The notes beneath the pieces are model-generated. The model was not told where the DNA came from. It worked only from the letters and a program-made list of their open reading frames with translations, and searched no databases. DNA of 64,000 nucleotides, taken from Lophium mytilinum (lineage: Eukaryota). Below are positions 23,870 through 36,318 of this stretch, in pieces. The DNA is taken from positions 2,666,001-2,730,000 of the forward strand of contig MU004181.1 in NCBI GenBank assembly GCA_010093605.1. Direction: 5' to 3'. A program made the position numbers and the translations under genes. Position 1 is the first letter of the stretch, and every line of letters starts with the position of its first letter.

Positions 23870-25979
23870 TGTGGTCGAAAGCGTCCCCTAGGGAGCGCCG
23901 AACGAGCGTAAACTACCAGGAAGACTATGGTGGTGACGACAGTGGTGATGGTGAGGTCGAGGGTAGCGGTTGGCAAGGGGCAGAGGCCAAACAACACGCT
24001 GTGGAATGCAAGAAAAACACGCGGGTGTGTCTGGGGCGTAGAGGTCAAAACAGAATCAGCGAGTGTTGTCAAAATGGTGAATCGGGGCCAAAAACGAGGG
24101 TAGGGAGCCCGAAAATGGTGTTGAGGAAGAGGGGAGTGTGTGTGGACAGCAACAGTGAATCCGGTGCAGCTTGGTGGTGAGGTCTTGCAGCCGGCTAGGT
24201 TGCCCCGTGCATCGCCTCTAGCTCCCCTTTTCATGCATGGGCCTCGTATTAGACGTGTATTTTATTATTCTATTTTTGATGCGTGACGCTCCCGATCAGA
24301 TGCTTGCCACCGATCCGTGATGCAGGCCTGATACGCCGCGCAGGAAAAGTGGCATACAGAGAGGTTCTCTGGTACGCCTGTTTGGCAGTGCTTCAACGCC
24401 TTTTTCAATATCCCAAGCTCGGATCTGTGAAAATGAATTCCAAGGTTGAAGCACCCCAAGCAACGGCAGAAAAGTGTACAGAGAGGATGTTTTGAAGGTG
24501 CCACTTTTACCTGCCCAGGTGCCTATCATGTCCAGTTAGTGCTGATTCATCCCGTAAGGCGAGCTCCAGCTTAAGGCCTTCGATGGCTAGTCTCGAGCCT
24601 CCTCGAAGGCAGAACACGAAGCATCGGCCAACTCGAGACTCGAAATCAATGGACAGGGCGAGGCCGGCGGCATGGGCGACGGACGCGTGGTCGATTCTGG
24701 GGAAGATCGCTGCAAAGCCTAGCGTAATACAGCGTAGGTAATGGTTCATGCACCACAGCTAGATTGCATCAACGACTCTACAATGAAGCCAGGCTGCTGG
24801 CTCGCTGTGCTGCAACGTGGGAGAGACAAGGTCAGCGTGAGCATCACTGAGTTCCAGCCTAGCAACCACCGCAGCAGCTGGAAGGGAGTGGAGGGCGTCA
24901 TCAAGTCTCATCCTTCGGATCTCCGAGCAGTCTGGAGTTCAGGGGCGCCGGCTGCCGGCGGCGGCGGGAGCAACATCGTAAACACGACAACCCGTTTATT
25001 TGCCACCGACCCAGTGCTAAACGCAGTCTTCCGACTCGGACACGAGATGCGGCTGCTCATCGTGGAGACAAGCATCCAAACATTACTAGTACCGTGGGTA
25101 GGTAGTAGATCTAAGGGTCCACGACACCCACAGTCGACTGTCCAAGCCCCTCCGGCACTACAGCCGTGACATTCACCAGGTGCTTGTCAGCCAGCGATTC
25201 ACTAGGCCTGCGCAAACGGTATGTGGGTACAGCGCTGGAAGCCAAAAATAGAGTGCCGGCCTCCCTGCTCCCGTAAAATCGCTGTCAATCAGCAGCGTCC
25301 TAACGCCACGCCGAGCGTAGAGTAAGTGGCACTCTTGTTTGAACCAGTCGCATCAGGTGTGTCTGTACATACACATGTATGCCACTGCTTGGTGTACTTC
25401 AGTGCATTCGAGCGTGAAGTAAGCCCTTCACAGTGGGTTATATAAAATCTTGCCGCAGCACCACAAGCAATGGCAGGCAGGTGTATGTACACATGGGACA
25501 GCGACAGCTAGGACACCGTGTTTGGATGAGTGTGGCGATTACCTAGGAGTAAATTCCTCAGCAAAAGCTTTGGAGGAAAAGTGGCACCTGCACCACCGCC
25601 CGCTTCTCCTGGACTTGTCCGTGTTGGGTCGTAAATTACAGCAGGGGAATGGATGCAACTCTCGCTCACCCGCCATCAACAACATCCTGCACACACCATT
25701 ACGTCTCCCTCAACCTCATCCCCTCTGTGTCTTCAGTTCACCATCGCTTTGCACACTTGTCTTCGTCCTCTCGTTTTTCTTAAGCTGCTCTAATTTCACT
25801 GCCTTGGCCTCGTTGCCAGGTCACCGACGCCCGTTGCCCGACCAAAACACCACGCTCGTTCTCCCACCCCCTTCATTGAGCACACATCTGGGAATTGCCC
25901 CGACCTCACCACCACCCCCAATCGCGAACAACGCCTTTTTCGAAGCTGAGCGGGCCTCGTGCCTCTGTAGCTCGCAAAC
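23870..25979. promoter_or_regulatory. Divergent intergenic region shared by the two chitin synthases
   Basis: 2.1 kb between head-to-head ATGs, with pyrimidine-rich leaders on each coding strand and no convincing ORF. Confidence 0.7.
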
Positions 25980-28900
25980 ATGAGCTTCGTCAACAACCGC
26001 ATGTCGACCTTCTCGAACTTGTCCCAAGGTCCACGTCCTTCCAACGCGACCTCGACGCAGGTCTCCACTACAACACTTCTCAACGCGCTCCATACAAATT
26101 ATGCATCCGGCGAGCCCTACTACCTGGAGGCTAGCACGAGCCTAGTCGTGAACACATGGGTCAATGCCAGCAATGTAGGGTCAGATGGCCGCATTGGCGG
26201 CACAGTCGACATGGAACTAGGCCGAAAAGCCTGGGAGCATGCCAGACGTAGAGCAGAGGACGGATGCATTGTGCTAGGGTGAGTTCATCTCTGCTGCTCT
26301 GTTAAATCTGTCTCAACTAACTCCTCACAGCTCCCTCCACGAGGCTACACCCTCTGCCTTCGCCCCTTTCATATCTGCGCTTCCACTATCTATCCCCGCA
26401 AGCTTCTACACCTCCCTTGACATTCTCAAGGCCTTTACGCACTGCGTCACACCGCAGAATCCCTCGTACCCACGCCATACAGCCCTGGGTGCCACCTTCA
26501 CCATTTCTTCTATGGGAACTGTCACTGGCACGTTAGCCGGAGCAACCATCCAACTATCCACCGCCGGAATTGACACCTCCCAAGGTCTACTCAACATTCC
26601 TTCCCAGCCAGGTTTTCGTGCTTTCGATGTCTTCTACTACCTCAAGTCCAGCTCCGCCACAAGGGAGGAGAGGGAGTGGTTGGATCTCAAGCCGTACTCC
26701 CAGTATACCCTTCTCAACAGGTCGGGAACCTATACTCCGCCCTCCTATCTCCCAACTGCAGACGACGCCGCGGCTGCCGAGGACTTTAGGGATAACTTGA
26801 AGGCCATCGGCATCGTGGGCTCAGAGCTTTCAAATTTGATCTCTCTGCTCGCAGGGCTGCTCAAACTTGGTAATGCTCTCGGAATACTTGTTGATGAGGA
26901 GGTGCTACAAGACGTTTGCGAGGATGCTGGAGCTCTTATGGACATCAACCCCGAGTTTCTCATGAAAAAGCTGTCTTCTCAAGACCGTGAGATGGCTCTT
27001 TCTGGCATCTACGAAGCTGCAGTAGACTGGGTTCTTTCCCGCGCTAACGCCACTATCCGGAAAGACATCCTCGAAGCACGAGTCGCTTACACATCGGGTA
27101 GTGATTCTGGCGAGCATGGGATGATGACTCCGCCTTCTGAGGAAGACGGGGATATCGTCAACATAACCGTTGTCGAAATCCCCAGCAAGAACTTAGGAAA
27201 AGCTATTGCTCTCAAGACCGTTTTTGATGACTCTGAAGGCATCAACGCCGAGATGAAGGAAGATGGGGTGACCGTTGTACCTGCTGGGTCTTCCGTCATC
27301 GAGGCGATGAAAGAGGCCGTGAAGGCCTGTGAACCCGAACTTGGGATTATGTCTAGTCCTGCTGGGCGCCAGCGAGAGCATGAACGCGAGCGACGTGAGG
27401 TCACCCTCGAGAAAATTGCTTACGACATCCCAGAGGACGACAACTTCATGAAATCCATCATCATGCCCGTGCGAGGTGAGGGCGTTCAGCTCGGCAAGTT
27501 CAACCGCTTTGAACTACAATCAACAATCGCTAGCAGCCGGGTTTGGTATCAATTAGCACTCCATCCTACTGATGACTCCCCTGCCTCACTCTCGACTTCC
27601 GCTTCTGGGTCCTGGTCTGCTGCTGTTGTTTCTCGTCAGCTGCGAGACTGGAGGCTTCCAGAATGGGCTAATCGCCGCAATCGTCATCTTGACTTTACTG
27701 CCGACTTCGATGTGGAGGAGTTCCATATCCGATATAAGGACCTAGGATGCTTCGACGGCAAAGACGGGATTCGAAACTGGATTCTGGAACGCGGATGGAG
27801 CAACGGTGAAGTTGTTATAGGCGACAGCCGCATCTGGATTAGAGAGGCTGCCTGGTGGGAAGCCGAGACACAATTCGATCTGAAAATTCAAGAACTCGCA
27901 TCATCGAACGGCATGCTCGGAAATATGGTTGGTGCTGGAGGTCTTGAAAGCGGCTACTCACAACAGAGCCCTGGCGTGGGTAGCGGCTTTTTTGGCCCAG
28001 AATTTGCGGAAGGCACTCCCCAAGGCAGCCGGGACAACCTCTTACAACGTCAACAGAGCACAGCCACTTTCGGAGCTCGTAGTGCCCTGGGTGCCCGTTC
28101 TGTCGCGCCGACTGCAGCGCCGACTTACCAGAGCGCCCGGCCTGGGGATTACGGCTTGGGCGGAAAGGGCGATGAACGAAAAGGTATCTCCTACGGTGAC
28201 GATGAGCTTGGCGAAGGCAAGACCATTCAAGAGTACAAGATTACCCCCGGTAGGCGAATCTGGGTCTTCTACGTGTGGTTTATGACTTGGTGGATTCCGT
28301 CTCCCCTCTTACGCTTCGTTGGTCGCATGAAGAGACCGGATGTTCGTATGGCGTGGCGGGAAAAGATCGTCTTGATCATGATCATCTTCATGATGAACGC
28401 CACTATCATCTTTTACATTGTTGCATTCGGTAAACTCCTTTGCCCCAAATTCGACAAAGCCTGGAACAATAAGGAAGTTTCCTATCATTCGGGCGACAAC
28501 GATTTTTTTGTTAGCCATCATGGTTACGTCTACGACCTTACAAAGTTCTGGAAACGACAGCACAGTGACACCAGTATCGAGACCACCACGGACCAAATGC
28601 AACCGTTCGGTGGCACAAACGTTGACGAATACATTGTGCCCCTACTTTACACGGCCTGTCCTAATCTTGTCAAGAACAAACTCTTGGTTCTGTACCCAAA
28701 TACTACCATCACCAACTCGAATGCCCAACATATCTCCGGCTCGCTATCACCAGACAGGACAAGCGCACTGTACAAAGATACTTGGTACCCTAACGTCTTC
28801 CTCCCCAAAATGAAAGAATTTAGGAAGGGCGATCTGGTCTGGGACTCCAACAAGATCAAGAATGAAGGGCAGAACGACAACCATATGTGGTTCACAATGG

Positions 28901-31411
28901 GTGACAAGGTCTACGACTTGACGGACTACTTCCACACTCTCGATTTAATGGACAATCTCGACTCGTACCGGTTCCTAGATCACAAATTAGAGTCGATTGT
29001 TACGGACTATGCGGGTACCGACATTACAAGCCAGTTCCAGAACCAGCTCAACGAAACCGCTCAGTTGGCCAACCAGCAATGTCTCGACAACTACTTCTAT
29101 GTCGGCAAAACTGACTTCCGGAAGTCCGCCAGGTGCCAAGTCAATAACTGGATTCTTCTCTCGTTCACTATCGTTATCGGCATTGTCATTGTTGTCAAGT
29201 TCTTGTCTGCTCTCCAGCTCGGATCACGAAAACGTCCAACCACTCAAGACAAATTCGTCATCTGTCAAGTACCTGCATACACAGAAGGCGAGGATCATCT
29301 AAGAAAGGGCCTAGACTCTTTGACTGCGCTTAACTACGATAACAAACGAAAGCTCATCTGCGTTGTCTGTGATGGTATGATTGTCGGTGGTGGGAACGAC
29401 AGACCGACACCGAAGATTGTCCTTGATATTCTTGGTGTTGACCCCAAGGTTGATCCTCCTGCTTTGCCATTCCACTCGGTCGGTTTTGGCAGCGAGCAAC
29501 TCAACTATGGAAAGGTTTATTCTGGTCTCTACGAATTCGAAGGCAATGTCGTTCCGTATATTGTCGTGGTCAAAGTAGGCAAGGAATCCGAACAACGCAA
29601 AGCAAAGCCTGGAAATCGTGGCAAACGAGACTCTCAAATTTTGCTCATGAGCTTCCTCAACCGCGTCCATCACCGGGCTCCAATGAGTCCGTTGGAACTG
29701 GAGATGTTTCACCAGATCAACAACATCATTGGTGTAGATCCAGAGCTTTACGAGTACCTGCTGATGGTCGACGCCGATACTATGGTAAAAGAAGACGCGC
29801 TGAATCGCCTTGTCGCGAGTTGCTCAAATGACTCGAAGATTGCCGGTATCTGTGGTGAGACCAGTCTCGAGAATGAGGAAGGAAGTTGGTGGACTATGAT
29901 TCAAGTTTACGAATACTACATCTCCCATCATTTGGCCAAGGCCTTTGAGAGCTTGTTTGGCAGCGTTACCTGTTTGCCTGGATGGTAGGTCTTCCTTAGT
30001 TCCTTGTGGATGCAGCGCTAACGATATTAGTTTCTGCATGTATCGTCTTCGTACCGCAGACAAGGGCAAGCCACTCATCATTTCTGACGCCGTTATCCGC
30101 GAGTACGCCGACTGCCAGGTGGACACATTACACAAGAAGAATCTGCTCTCTCTTGGTGAAGATCGTTACTTGACTACATTGATGACAAAACATTTCCCGT
30201 CGATGTCGTATAAGTTCGTTCCAGATGCGTACGCGCTAACCGCCGCCCCTGAGACATGGAGCATTCTTCTCTCCCAAAGACGTCGCTGGATCAATTCCAC
30301 CATCCACAACTTGGCTGAACTGGTTTTCATCAAGGACATGTGTGGATTCTGCTGCTTCAGTATGCGATTCGTCGTTTTCATCGACCTTTTCGGAACAATC
30401 ATTCTCCCTTCTACCTGCGTTTACCTAGGTTATCTCATTTACCTAGTCGCATCTCACTCTGGACAATTCCCCACGATCTCGATTATCTTACTCGCGGCTG
30501 TCTACGGATTACAAGCCATCATCTTTCTCATCAAGCGACAGTGGCAGCACATTGGCTGGATGATCATCTATATCATGGCGTACCCGATCTACTCTTTCGT
30601 CCTACCAATCTACTCATTCTGGAAACAAGATGACTTCTCGTGGGGAAACACCCGTGTCGTTCTTGAAGAGAAAGGCGACAAGCAGGTAGTCGCTGAAGAA
30701 GAAGAAGGTTACGACTCCAGAAGTGTTCCTTTACAGTCATGGGATGACTATGCAGCTCAGCATTCTCTTCCTGGTCGCCGTGGAGTTGTTGCTGCGCATT
30801 CCGAGAAGGGCATGCATAGCACATACGACGATGACGGTTACGAAATGAACGACATGCAGTCCGTCTACTCGTCCGTCAAGCCCCAGTCAACCATCATGTC
30901 CAACATGCATCATATATCGCACATGCCACCACAGTCTCCAGGTCCATATGCCGGCATGCAGCAACGGGCATCTCACTACTCCAACTTCTCTCGGTACACA
31001 GACAACCCACAACCACAACAACACGGAGCCGACGGGCGTCTGATGTCCATGGGTGGCATGAGCGACCACTACCAGGCCTCGCCGTACGGCCAGCGACCAA
31101 GTATGGGCTTCCAGAGCTCAGACAATCTCATGGCCATGCAATCCACGCCGCCAATCGGACGTTCTCGCAGCCCACTTGGATTTGGTGGCTCTCGACCTGG
31201 TAGCACTGTCAATTTCCAGAACATGATGAATGGACCCTCCGACGGCCAAATCGTGGAAGCCATCCAAGCGTGTCTGATGGAGGTCGACATGGACAATGTC
31301 ACCAAGAAGCAGCTAAAGGCGCTCACCGAGCAGCGCTTGCAGACTCAATTGAGCGGAGAGAGGCGGACGTTCTTGGATCAGGCGATTGATCACGAGCTTG
31401 CGAACATGTAA
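25980..31411 (+). CDS. csmB: Class VII chitin synthase with degenerate myosin-motor-like domain (CsmB/ChsVb type); introns 26279-26330 and 29985-30030
   Basis: Shortened motor-like domain with no P-loop (RAFDVFYYL), b5-like region, [27 protein letters not shown]-like end. Confidence 0.95.
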
Positions 31412-31952
31412 GGCGTCAAGTCTCAGGTCATTGAGGATTGCGTGAGGTCAACTCAGGTAAATAGGCATTGCATCTATGGTGTTTCTTGTATTTTTCCTCT
31501 TTTTCTTAGGAGTTTCAGCGGATCTGAGGGTTGCAAGGTGAAATGGTTTCTACATCTGGCGCTCGAACCTGGTCTTCAAAATGGAGTCTCTCTCTACAGC
31601 TGCATATTGGTTCGTGGTAATAATAGGAAGGAGGCTCAAGGAGGATCTAGCTTAAATATGAGGATCTTTGAAACTTTAAGGCTGTTATTAAGCTTGGTGA
31701 TTTGCTTCTCTTGTTTTTACATGTTTGCTTATGCATATTGCCTGGAGAATAGGATGTTTCTTTCGTGACTCACCGTCCATGCCACCCATGTTATTTTACA
31801 CCGTTCGCACGTGGTGTACTCGGAGTACCTGCTCCAATACAAATGAGGGTCCGATCGTAAGACTTCAAGATCAAGCAGCTATCGAGCTTTCCTTCGCAGT
31901 TATTCCCGCTCCTCTATGAATTTTCTGAATACATACGCTCTCTCAACACAAT

Positions 31953-33153
31953 ATGGCTGATCAAACCCCGTCATCCTCCGTCGCCATCACAACCAGCGGC
32001 AAAGGTTGCTATTGCCCCAGCCCACACCCCTCTATGCAACTGACCACCCCATTCAGACTACCTCTCCCAAAGCGCCACTGTCCTCGCCGACGCCTTCGCC
32101 AACGACCCTGCGATCACGTATCTACTCAACGTCCTGCCACCTTCCAAACAAGATCCCTATCGCCACACCCTTTTCAATGCCTTCTATACGGGCGCTGCTC
32201 TAAACGGAGCTTCCTTTACGGAGGCAGATGAATGGCGCTGTGTAGGCGTGCTGTTGCCGCCCGGGAAGAACGTGGATAATCCCCTCACGCTAGTGCAGAG
32301 CGGGTTGTTTGGAGTGTTATGGAACTTGGGGATAAAAGGGGTGTGGGTGAGTGGTATTCTCCTTTCTCCTCAGGTACCAAATGTGAAGTTCGTCCTCTGT
32401 ATCTGAATGTCTTTCGCATTTATCGCAGATCGCCCTGAACTCTCTCCTGTGAATCACATACCTACATCTTATCACAGTCTTACAGTCATATACGCTCTTC
32501 ATGTCACACTGACCTCCCCGCCCATTCCCAGCGCATGACCCACGAATACGCCTCCAAACCCGCTACCCTCAAATCTCGCACCTTGGAAACTCACTCCAAG
32601 AAAGCCTACTATATTTTCAACCTCGGCACTAAGGAAGAATATCGAGGAAATGGTCAGCCTGTCGTCTCCATCTTCTACGATTTCTTCTTGTTCTCCCATT
32701 ACTCGCATTACTTCTTATTCCCCCATTACTCCCATTACTCCCATTATTCGCATTACTTCTTATTCCCCCATTACTCCCATTACTCCCATTACTCCCATTA
32801 CTCCCATTACTTCTTATTCCCCCATTACTCCCATTACTCCCATTACTCCCATTACTCCCATTACTCCTATTAACCCACAAACAGGCCTCTCAACCCACCT
32901 AATCCACCACTACCAATCGCTCGCCGCCGCAACGAACGCCCCAATCTGGCTCGAGGCTACGACCGCCTACTCACATAATTTGTACACGAAGCTAGGCTTC
33001 CACACCGCGGGCGAGATCGTGCTTGGTCAAGGCGTGGCAGGGGCAGATGGGACGGTTTCGAAAGGCGGCGAGGGGGTCAAGATTTGGGGGATGGTGTGGT
33101 GGCCGCCTGTGAAGAAGGAGGAGGAGGAGATTGTGGTATATAGAACGGGATGA
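31953..33153 (+). CDS. GNAT-family N-acetyltransferase; introns 32005-32056, 32347-32531, 32653-32884
   Basis: Spliced product contains LADAFANDP, YIFNLGTKEEYRGNGLSTHLI (motif A) and IWLEAT...LYTKLGF (motif B); all three introns keep frame. Confidence 0.85.
32686..32874 (+). repeat. Intronic 9-bp minisatellite (CCCATTACT)n with periodic TCTTATTCC variants, about 21 units
   Basis: Read directly from the sequence; lies inside GNAT intron 3. Confidence 0.95.
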
Positions 33154-34019
33154 GTAGTGCGTAGCATAGAGGCCTTGGGATGCAGAGCTCTGCACGTATG
33201 AGATGGAGGAGGAGGGAGTAGATGGGGAGTGGTACATAGGGAAGGGTTTAGTGTAATTGAGGCTAGGCTTGTGTGTTGAGCGGCTTGATTAGAAATGGAG
33301 AGCTCTGCGTCCGTCTTGGAGCTCGATCTGCGTCTTCCTTTTATACTTGGTATACGTGCACGTGCAAGCTGGTCGAGGAATACAGATACCGTTATTTCAA
33401 TTTTTCTCGAGATGATTCTCATCGCCTCCGTTGATGATTTTTATCATTTGCTATACGGTTTGTTCAAAGTTTTGACATGTCTAGTTGTTTCCTAGCAGTT
33501 TCTTCCTCTCTACATACTTAAAAGCCGTACGTACGTAGTTAGAGACACTGCCAGTTTGATCATACAATTTACTAGTTCACATTTCAATTGTTACCGTTGA
33601 ACCGGGAACCAGTCTGCTATTGACGCGCCATGCCAAACCCATATAATACAGATTCCAGTCTAGAGTAATTGGCAGTCACATGCTCAAACAGACCGCAAAC
33701 CGCACGGATTGGTCTCTCCTTATCTGTTCTGAGATCTTTGAGTCTGTACTTCATTCAAAGACCAATTTAGTGTCAACAGACAGAGTGCACTCCTCGCTTG
33801 CTTGTAGAATTCGGACACGCCAAATCGAGCTTCTAAACGGAGACATCGCTGAGTAGTATGACCAGGAGGCTCAGGTCAGTCCCGTCGCAGGCGGTGTTAG
33901 ACAGATAATTAGAAGAGAGTATGTTATGAATTTGAGGCTTGTGTCGTTGATTCCTTCCGTCATGTTGATGTTTATGAGATTTATAGGTACTTATTCAGAC
34001 TGTTCGTCGAGGTTCTGCA

Positions 34020-35381
34020 TCACCTCCCCGCTTTCGCTTCTTCAATCTCCCGCCTCAAATCACTCAGCACCTCCAACCTCCTCGAAAGATGTCCCTGGAG
34101 CCCCTCGACCTGTTCTTTGACCGTATCAATCTCTTCTCTCACTCCGCCAAGCCCCTTGACCGCACCCCCTTCTCCACTCTCCAAATCCCTCAACACACCC
34201 CTCTTATAATCCAACATTAGCTCCAATTCCCGTTTCACCAGCGCTGGCTTGGTATCTCTCTTCCCTCCGCCCCGCCTTTCCTCCCCATCCTTCTCAATCC
34301 GCTCAATCTTGTCCTCCAGTTCTTTCAACTGCTTCCTCAACCGCACCTCCTCCCAATCCTCCGTTGTCCTCCCCCCAAAATCCGTCCCCTTTGCCCTGTA
34401 CGCCCCCGCCTTATCTCCCACCCCCAACCGCGTGAGATAGGCATCCCCAAACTTCGCCTTCCGCCCCGTACTCGTATCATCCCCGCCATGCGCCGCCCAC
34501 TTCCGCTGCGGCTGCACCCGCTCGACATCATAATCAATATGCGCGCTCTCAAAGCTCTGCCTCAGACTCGGCGGCACGCTCCTCGGCACCCTGAACCCCT
34601 CACTGCGGCCATTCAGCACGTGCAGAAACGCGAGGCAGGCGTCTTTGCCCACAGTCTCGCGCGCTTTCGGGTTGACGAGGTTCCACGCGGAGCGGATGTC
34701 GGTGTCGGGGACGTCGTCGAGGCTGGCGAAGAGCGGCTCGAGCGCGTGGAAGGAGACGCCGCCGTGGCCGTCGCGGTTCGCTGTGTAGATCTCCTCGTAC
34801 TTGGCTTTGTCCGCCGGCGACATGTACCAGTCGAAGCCGTCTATGAGGCCGGGGGTGTCGTCGTCGTCGTCGTCGACGGTTTCGAAGGCGGGTAGGGAGG
34901 AGGAGAGCGCGCGCGAAGCTTGCACGAGATGGGCTTTTGATTCGGGCACGAGCCAGTCGGGGAGGGTGGTCGGGACATCGAGGGCTTCCTGTGGTAGGGG
35001 ATTGGGTGTTACTTGCGTTCTTTTGGGAGGATTGAGGGTAGACTCGGGCAGGAAACGCAACATATATCGATCCAGTCCACACTAGAACAGTGGGAGACAA
35101 AGATAGGGTAGGAAGATCAAGAAATAGCATGCCCTACATACCCCATTCACTAAATCGAAAATCAACCTCATAGCTACGCAGAACTCCTCAAAGTCTAGCT
35201 TCCCGTCATTGTCCACGTCGGCAAGGTCCCACACCCGTTCTAGCTGTTCATCTCGTAGTTGCGAGTTCTTGAGCACTGACGCAGCCTGTGTGCCGTCGAG
35301 GTGGGTGCCGCCGTTTGCGAGGCTGCTGAAGATCTCCCAGTACTTGGTCACTTCCCATTGCTCGATCTTCTTGGTCGACAT
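34020..35381 (-). CDS. END3: End3, EH-domain endocytosis/actin regulatory protein; intron 34989-35141
   Basis: [57 protein letters not shown], second EH domain, DWEEVRL, C-terminal coiled coil. Confidence 0.95.
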
Positions 35382-36318
35382 GATCGGGGTGGAGGTGGGT
35401 ATAACAAAAAAGAGAGGATTTGAGTGGTTGGTGGGTGGTATAACGTTTGGAAGTGCTGGAAGCTCACAGCTCACCCTGGAGGTGACGTTCGCGCTTGGAC
35501 TCGATCTCCGGCACTACCGAGTCACGTGCAAGAAGCATAGCTAGTTGCAAGTAGGTACTAGAAATGAGTAGGATGCGCTTTTAAACACCACTCAGTTTGT
35601 TCCTCTTCTATCCAATCGAATTACCTGATGCATACCATGTCAGGCAAGGAGGTAGGTCCAACAACAGTCACAGATCCATTATATTACCACTTCAGCCTCA
35701 GCACCCACACGTCATTAAAGAACACATACTATACACAAAGCACGCAGCACACTTTCTTCCTCTTCCGAAAGATAAGCAAGACTAGAACAATTCCAAATCA
35801 AATTCGCCATAGCCTCGCTAAAAGCCAATCAAATCAAGCAACCAATCTGATAGTTTGAACAAAATGCATGCAATGACGAGGAGCTATCCGTTCTCACCCC
35901 AAATCGTACTGAACAAACAAACACCAAGCCGACCCAACCCAGCAGCCAACTTCGCAAACAAGCAACACCCAAAAGAAGCGCTTGAAAAAAAGATCCGTCT
36001 CGTACATGACATGATTCCCTTCCCAACGTGAGCTGATTTAGTCCACAGGTATTTCAAAAGGGGGGAGTTGGGGAATATAAAAGAAGTGGTATATGAAGGC
36101 GCCTTCACACCCCTCCGAAGTATACAAGAAATTGAATGCGAAGGAAAGAGGTAATAATAGGCAAAGTCTCCAGAAGCCCCTCGGTGGAGCTTCTAGAGGA
36201 AAGAAGAGTCGTTATAGAGTGGGTTGCAGAACTACAGTTTTCGTAGCTAGCGACGATACTCTTCGAAAGACTCCAGAGGCAAGGCATGAGTTCGCGATGG
36301 GAGAGCATCACATCGTGT

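Noticed and set aside
25242..25251. CCAAAAATAG, near match to the Rlm1/RlmA site in the chs promoter
   Set aside because: Mismatch to CTA(W)4TAG and single occurrence; needs conservation data.
32686..32874. CCCATTACT array as interstitial telomere or CRISPR
   Set aside because: Not the TTAGGG repeat typical of filamentous ascomycetes; no unique spacers; eukaryotic context.
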